In this document: one piece after another, positions 59,446 to 64,000 of the stretch
How positions within the stretch are numbered: position 1 is the first letter of the stretch
How the letters are laid out: each line of letters opens with the position of its first letter
Notes under the pieces: generated by a model
Seen by the model: the letters and a program-made list of their open reading frames with translations, nothing else
Told to the model about the DNA's origin: nothing
Databases searched by the model: none
From: Planktothrix sp. GU0601_MAG3
GTDB lineage: Bacteria > Cyanobacteriota > Cyanobacteriia > Cyanobacteriales > Microcoleaceae
DNA length: 64,000 nucleotides
Assembly: GCA_035193785.1 (NCBI GenBank)
Contig: CP136572.1
Coordinates: 2,420,578 to 2,484,577, forward strand
Direction of reading: 5' to 3'
Made by a program: the position numbers and the translations under genes

Positions 59446-60137
59446 GTTTCAGTCCCGCAAGTGGGATTATTTTAATTGAAAGAAAAGTTTTCGGCGAATA
59501 TAATTCGCTACTACAAAAACAAAGTCCACCTGCGTGGACTCATAAAAATTAAGGTTTCTGAACCCACGAAGGTGGGTTTTCTCTGTGTAGCTGCGATTTC
59601 TAATCGCCAAAAAAAGAAAAGAAAGAAAAGTTTTCGGCGAATATAATTCGCTACTACAGAAACAAAGTCCACCTGCGTGGACTCATAAAAATTAAGGTTT
59701 CTGAAACCCACGAAGGTGGGTTTTCTCTGTGTAGCTGCGATTTCTAATCGCCAAAAAAAGAAAAGAAAGAAAAGTTTTCGGCGAATATAATTCGCTACTA
59801 CAGAAACAAAGTCCACCTGTGTGGACTCATAAAAATTAAGGTTTTTGAACCCACGAAGGTGGGTTTTGTCTGTGTAGCTGCGATTTCTAATCGCCAAAAA
59901 AAGAAAAGAAAGAAAAGAAAAGAAAGAAAAGTTTTCGGCGAATATAATTCGCTACTACAGAAACAAAGTCCACCTGCGTGGACTCATAAAAATTAAGGTT
60001 TTTGAACTCACGAAGGTGGGTTTTGTCTGTGTAGCTGCGATTTCTAATCGCCAAAAAAAGAAAAGTTAAGAGATCCTTTTCACCTAGAACAGAGTGATCC
60101 GTTTCAGTCCCGCAAGCGGGATTATTTTTATTGAAAC
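59446..60137 (-). CRISPR. Two-repeat type I-D CRISPR mini-array with an interrupted spacer
   Basis: 37-nt repeats at 60101-60137 (minus: GTTTCAATAAAAATAATCCCGCTTGCGGGACTGAAAC) and 59446-59482 (CTTTCAATTAAAATAATCCCACTTGCGGGACTGAAAC); 3' hairpin plus ACTGAAAC handle as in cyanobacterial I-D repeats; adjacent to cas6 and csc1. Confidence 0.82.
59483..60060. repeat. Four tandem ~143-bp REP-doublet/MITE-like units inside the CRISPR spacer
   Basis: Units start at 59483, 59626, 59770 and 59927; each has imperfect terminal inverted repeats (GGCGAATATAATTCGC...GCGATTTCTAATCGCC) and hairpins AGTCCAC-CTGC-GTGGACT and AACCCAC-GAAG-GTGGGTT. Confidence 0.92.
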
Positions 60138-60214
60138 TGTCTGGGATAATTTTGTTTGATTCATTATTGCTAATTCTGGTTTTTTTAGGATAGCAAAAAG
60201 AATTTTAAGGGAGT

Positions 60215-60294
60215 CTCAACATAAACCAAGACGCGCTCAACATAAACCAAGACGCGCTCAACATAAACCAAGACGCGCCATGGCACGTCTCTAC
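60215..60294. repeat. Three 21-bp direct repeats followed by a GTAG REP overlapping the cas6 stop codon
   Basis: (CTCAACATAAACCAAGACGCG)x3, then minus-strand GTAGAGACGTGCCATGGCGCGTCT. Confidence 0.85.
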
Positions 60295-61094
60295 GAAGTG
60301 ATTCTAGTTTGTCCCATTCCCATGGCGGTTTTACGACCGATGGCGGAGAAAAAGGCAAAATGGGCTAAAATATTAGCAATTTTTGCTTCTTGAGGGTCGG
60401 GAAATCGATATTTAATCCATCCTTTTGCCCCAATTTCTATGTTATTTTCCATTTTTAAAGTATGGGTTTCTAAACTATAGGCAGAAACAAAACCTTGCCA
60501 TGCGATCGCCTCCATTTTTTGTGCCTCCGGTGCAAAGGCATTCCATCGTTTCATCAGACTAGAAAATACTAATTCCGGTGAGGGGAAAAGTTGCACATAT
60601 TTTTGCTGCTTAAAACTGGTGGGAGAAAGAAACTCTAAGGTAATATCATCAGAACTTTTTGGCAGTTTTGCTAACATTTGATAATCCCCCGAACCGACCC
60701 AAGGATGAGTACCCGGCAAGGAATGAATACCTTTAATAATAAAAGGAAATTTAGCTAAAGTTAGCGGTTCACTCCCCCATTGTTCAATGCCACTTAATAG
60801 GGGTTCTATCAGGCTTCCATTTAATAAACCAATGCGGAAATAAAACTCATCTCCCGAGCGAATTACAGAGGCACGACGATGACCGATTAAATCCGATAAA
60901 CTTATGGGAGAATCCTGACTATTATGGACATATTCAGAGGCATTCGGATCGCCCATTTGTAACCAATATAAAACTTGAGCATGGATGGCACGCCCTAAAG
61001 TTGGAGGTAAATAACCCCGATTAATAGCGGCTATTTGGACAACGATCGCATATAAATTAAAAGATTTCTCAGACTGCAACGGTATTAGCTCCAT
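60291..61094 (-). CDS. cas6: CRISPR-associated endoribonuclease Cas6
   Basis: GRAIHA, L.FLSPTSF, P.PELVF.SL..RWN.F, C-terminal G-rich loop IGRKTAMGMGQ. Confidence 0.92.
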   Translation of the reverse strand: MELIPLQSEKSFNLYAIVVQIAAINRGYLPPTLGRAIHAQVLYWLQMGDPNASEYVHNSQDSPISLSDLIGHRRASVIRSGDEFYFRIGLLNGSLIEPLLSGIEQWGSEPLTLAKFPFIIKGIHSLPGTHPWVGSGDYQMLAKLPKSSDDITLEFLSPTSFKQQKYVQLFPSPELVFSSLMKRWNAFAPEAQKMEAIAWQGFVSAYSLETHTLKMENNIEIGAKGWIKYRFPDPQEAKIANILAHFAFFSAIGRKTAMGMGQTRITS

Positions 61095-61610
61095 AAGCCA
61101 CTCCTAAAGGTAAATTGATCGGAAAAGATAACTCGGTTAATTGTGACCATTTTGCCATTTATTGCCCCCGATCTGGTCTTAATATTTTTAAATATTCGCC
61201 GATAAGTTGTGCCTGACTTATAATTCCTTAGCTCGACCATAGTTAATTGGATAGTTGCGGCTTGCCCCTGTCGCCCCAAATTGTTTGGAAATTCCATAGT
61301 AATTTACTTGCGCCACTTTAAAGTTATTAATTTGATAGGAACAGCGAAAAGGTTGGGCGGGAAAAAGTTAAATTTGAGCTTAATTGAGATGGAGTAAATT
61401 TTGTTCGCGATCGCCATCTAAATAAGCAGGTTTTTGAGCATTTTTCCCATGCAGTCGATAGGGTTTAGGAATATAAACCGCCTCAAATAACGCATGACTT
61501 AATGCCCAATTATGCAAATATTTTTCCGTTTCATAAAGAATCCCCATTTCCCGACTCGCAAAAAAAACATTATCATGCAAAGTCAAATGACAATGATAAA
61601 GAAGCATCAA
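61069..61610 (-). pseudogene. csc1: Type I-D Cas5/Csc1 pseudogene
   Basis: LTLHDNVFFASREMG.LYETEKYLHNWALS start; in-frame stops (LN*AQI*LFPAQP...RNYPINYGRAKEL*); C-terminal LPLGVAYGANTVAV* in another frame; apparently shortened. Confidence 0.82.
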
Positions 61611-61632
61611 ATTTTCCTCAAAATTTTTATAC

Positions 61633-61722
61633 AGGACTTACGCAAAACAACCATATCTAGTAGGGAAGAAAGGCCGTTCGCCCCTATAGATGGTGTATAA
61701 TTGGGTATTCTGCGTAAGTCCT
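61633..61722. mobile_element. 90-bp MITE-like element with 12-bp terminal inverted repeats
   Basis: AGGACTTACGCA ... TGCGTAAGTCCT enclosing a degenerate GTAG REP. Confidence 0.7.
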
Positions 61723-61990
61723 AATTAAGCAAGAAGCCCTGGCCATCTGTTAACAATAATTCTGGGAATAAAAGAAAGCCCTGAAGGGCTTACTACAAGG
61801 ACGGGGTTTTAAACCCAATTTTCTGATAAAAACTAATCAAACTTCCAATACCTGTTCCACCGTTAACACTAATTAACTAAGTTGTTTAATTTGTGTGGTC
61901 AACACAACAAATAGGACTTAAACAAAAGTTGGTGTAGCCTTATGTTTTAACCTGTGGGAAACTGGATAATGTCAATCATAAAGCTATACG

Positions 61991-62765
61991 ATGAATATTA
62001 TTCCAGCCATTGATTTATTAGACGGACGCTGTGTACGGTTATATCAAGGAGATTATAACCAAGCTCAAACTTTTAATGAAGATCCGATTGCGGTTGCTCA
62101 AGACTGGGTAGAAACAAGGAGCAACCCGTCTACATTTAGTGGATTTAGATGGGGCAAAAACCGGACAACCAACCAATTATCATATTATTGAAGCGATCGC
62201 TAATAGCATTAATATTCCGGTGCAGGTCGGGGGAGGATTACGCAACCGAGATAACGTCGCTACTCTCTTAAATTTAGGCGTAGAACGGGCAATTTTAGGA
62301 ACTGTTGCCGTTGAAAATCCGAAGTTAATCGCGGAATTATGTGCAGAGTTTCCGGGTCATATTGCGGTGGGAATTGATGCAAGAAATGGCAAAGTTGCGA
62401 CAAAAGGATGGTTAGAAACCTCGGAAGTTTTAGCGACGGATTTAGCTGAACAAATGGCACAATTAGGGGTATCTGCTATTATTTATACTGATATTCACCG
62501 GGACGGAACCCTAACGGGGCCGAATCTGGAGGCGTTACGAGAAATTGCTAATATTGTTGCAATTCCGGTGATTGCTTCTGGGGGAGTCAGTTCAATTACG
62601 GATTTATTAAGTTTATTATCCCTGGAACCTTTAGGGGTAACGGATGTAATTGTGGGACGGGCTATCTATACCGGGGATATTAATTTAAAGGAGGCAATTC
62701 AAGCCGTCGGTCAAGGACGATGGCAAGATGTTCCCCTAGATTTGGGTAACTCGACTTTTGCTTAA
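61991..62765 (+). CDS. hisA: ProFAR isomerase HisA; +1 indel at 62111-62115
   Basis: [20 protein letters not shown], repaired [35 protein letters not shown]. Confidence 0.95.
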
Positions 62766-62798
62766 GATTTAGGGTTGAAATATTTCTCCAGAACGGGT

Positions 62799-64000
62799 TT
62801 ATATGGGCCAGGCTTTAACCCGTTCTTGTTGCCATTTAAACGAGGAAAATTCCGCAATATATTGAGTGGCATCGATAGTATTTAAGGGTTTTGAGAATAG
62901 AAATCCTTGCCCCCATTCACAACCTAATAAGGAGAGTTGATTCAGTTGAGATTTGGTTTCAATCCCTTCGGCTACCACATCCATTCCCAATCCATGAGCC
63001 AAGGTAATAATAGTTCTAATTAATTCAATTTCTCCTTGATTTGAACCAATCCGACGCACAAAAGAGCGATCAATTTTTAAGGTATCAATCGGAAATTCAT
63101 GGAGACGATTTAGAGAAGAATATCCCATGCCAAAATCATCAATACAAAATTGAATCCCCAAATTTTTTAACTGTCTCAAGACCTCTGTATAATGAGATCC
63201 TGTTTTCAGCAATGAGCTTTCTGTAATCTCAAATTTGATTTGATCTCCTTTAATCTTAAAGTCTAATAATAGTTCTTGGACTTGTTCAGCGAAACAAGGG
63301 ATCATTAATTGTTGGGGAGATACATTAACATTAATGGTAATTTCTGAAAAACCCGGGAATTGTTTTTGCCAACTTTCAATTTGATTTAGGGCTGTTTTAA
63401 TTACCCATAAACCTAACTCAATAATTAATCCCGTTTCTTCAGCAACGGGAATAAATTGATCCGGGGAAATCATTCCTTTTTGGGGGTGATGCCAACGAAT
63501 CAGGGCTTCAAACCCTAATTTTCCCGAGGTGAGAAGGGAAAGAATCGGTTGATAGTAGAGAGAAAATTCTTGATTTTGAATTGCCCGTCTTAGGTCATTT
63601 TCTAATAGTAAACAACTGATGGCTTTTTGTTGCAGTTTCACTGGTTAATAGTTGATAACAGCCTTTGCCATTAGCTTTAGCGGCATACATCGCTACATCG
63701 GCATCTCGCAAAATATCTTCGGGGTAATCATATCCAAAATGGCTAAATGTAATGCCAATACTTCCCCCAATATAGACTTCGTATTGATTTAATTTAAAAA
63801 CAGGATTTAATACCGCTAAAATAGTTTGAGCAATGGTAATTACCTCTTGATTATCGGTAAAATTTTCTACAATAATTACAAATTCATCCCCACCCAAACG
63901 AGCAAATTTCAGGTTGGGGGTTAAGCAGGACTGTAACCTTTGAGCCACCTGTTTTAATAGTTGATCACCTAATAAATGACCTAAACTATCATTAACAACA
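62799..64000 (-). CDS. GGDEF-EAL diguanylate cyclase/phosphodiesterase (5' part beyond the window); +1 indel at 63635-63639
   Basis: ARLGGDEF, AD.AMY.AK, FEALIRW, IDDFG.GYSSL, LKIDRSFV, VVAEGIET, QGFLFSKP. Confidence 0.92.

Noticed and set aside
59483..60060. 143-bp tandem units as a CRISPR array, or the 128-aa ORF 59511-59897 as a gene
   Set aside because: The units have no unique spacers and are palindromic REP doublets; the ORF is just a translation of the repeat
60215..60277. Three 21-bp direct repeats next to cas6 as a CRISPR array
   Set aside because: Head-to-tail with no spacers and unrelated to the type I-D repeat
61085..61297. 70-aa ORF between csc1 and cas6 as a new small cas gene
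   Set aside because: The Csc1-like motifs lie in the other frames; this is an off-frame reading of the csc1 pseudogene

Overview
Chromosomal window from a cyanobacterium, probably a filamentous Oscillatoriales/Planktothrix-like strain (frequent HIP1 GCGATCGC sites, heptamer STRRs, an NtcA/NtcB-controlled nirA-nrtABCD-narB operon, ycf23, tocopherol cyclase); the taxon is inferred. Most genes are housekeeping, transport or signalling genes. Five things stand out. (1) An IS200/IS605 element (7686-11573) has IS608-like ends, a truncated tnpA and a catalytically intact-looking tnpB. A complete group II intron (7747-10190) sits in the last codons of tnpB, 61 nt from the right end, where the omegaRNA is expected. 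The intron EBS1/EBS2 loops pair with this exact tnpB site, so splicing would restore both the TnpB C-terminus and the guide-RNA scaffold. (2) A collapsed type I-D CRISPR locus retains a csc1 pseudogene, an intact cas6 and a two-repeat mini-array. Its single spacer was invaded by four tandem REP-doublet elements, and it lies just upstream of murD. (3) All 20 apparent frameshifts, in 16 genes, are repaired by removing one base from GAAAC/GTTTC. This points to a sequence-specific read/assembly error at GAAC/GTTC, which is also the known phosphorothioation motif, and not to real pseudogenes. (4) A ~4,500-aa DUF4347/lectin/tandem-repeat/RTX surface protein carries 18 near-identical 363-bp repeats. 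(5) NrtD runs in frame into a membrane-anchored Ser/Thr/Pro-rich extension. All calls were made by eye, without database searches.
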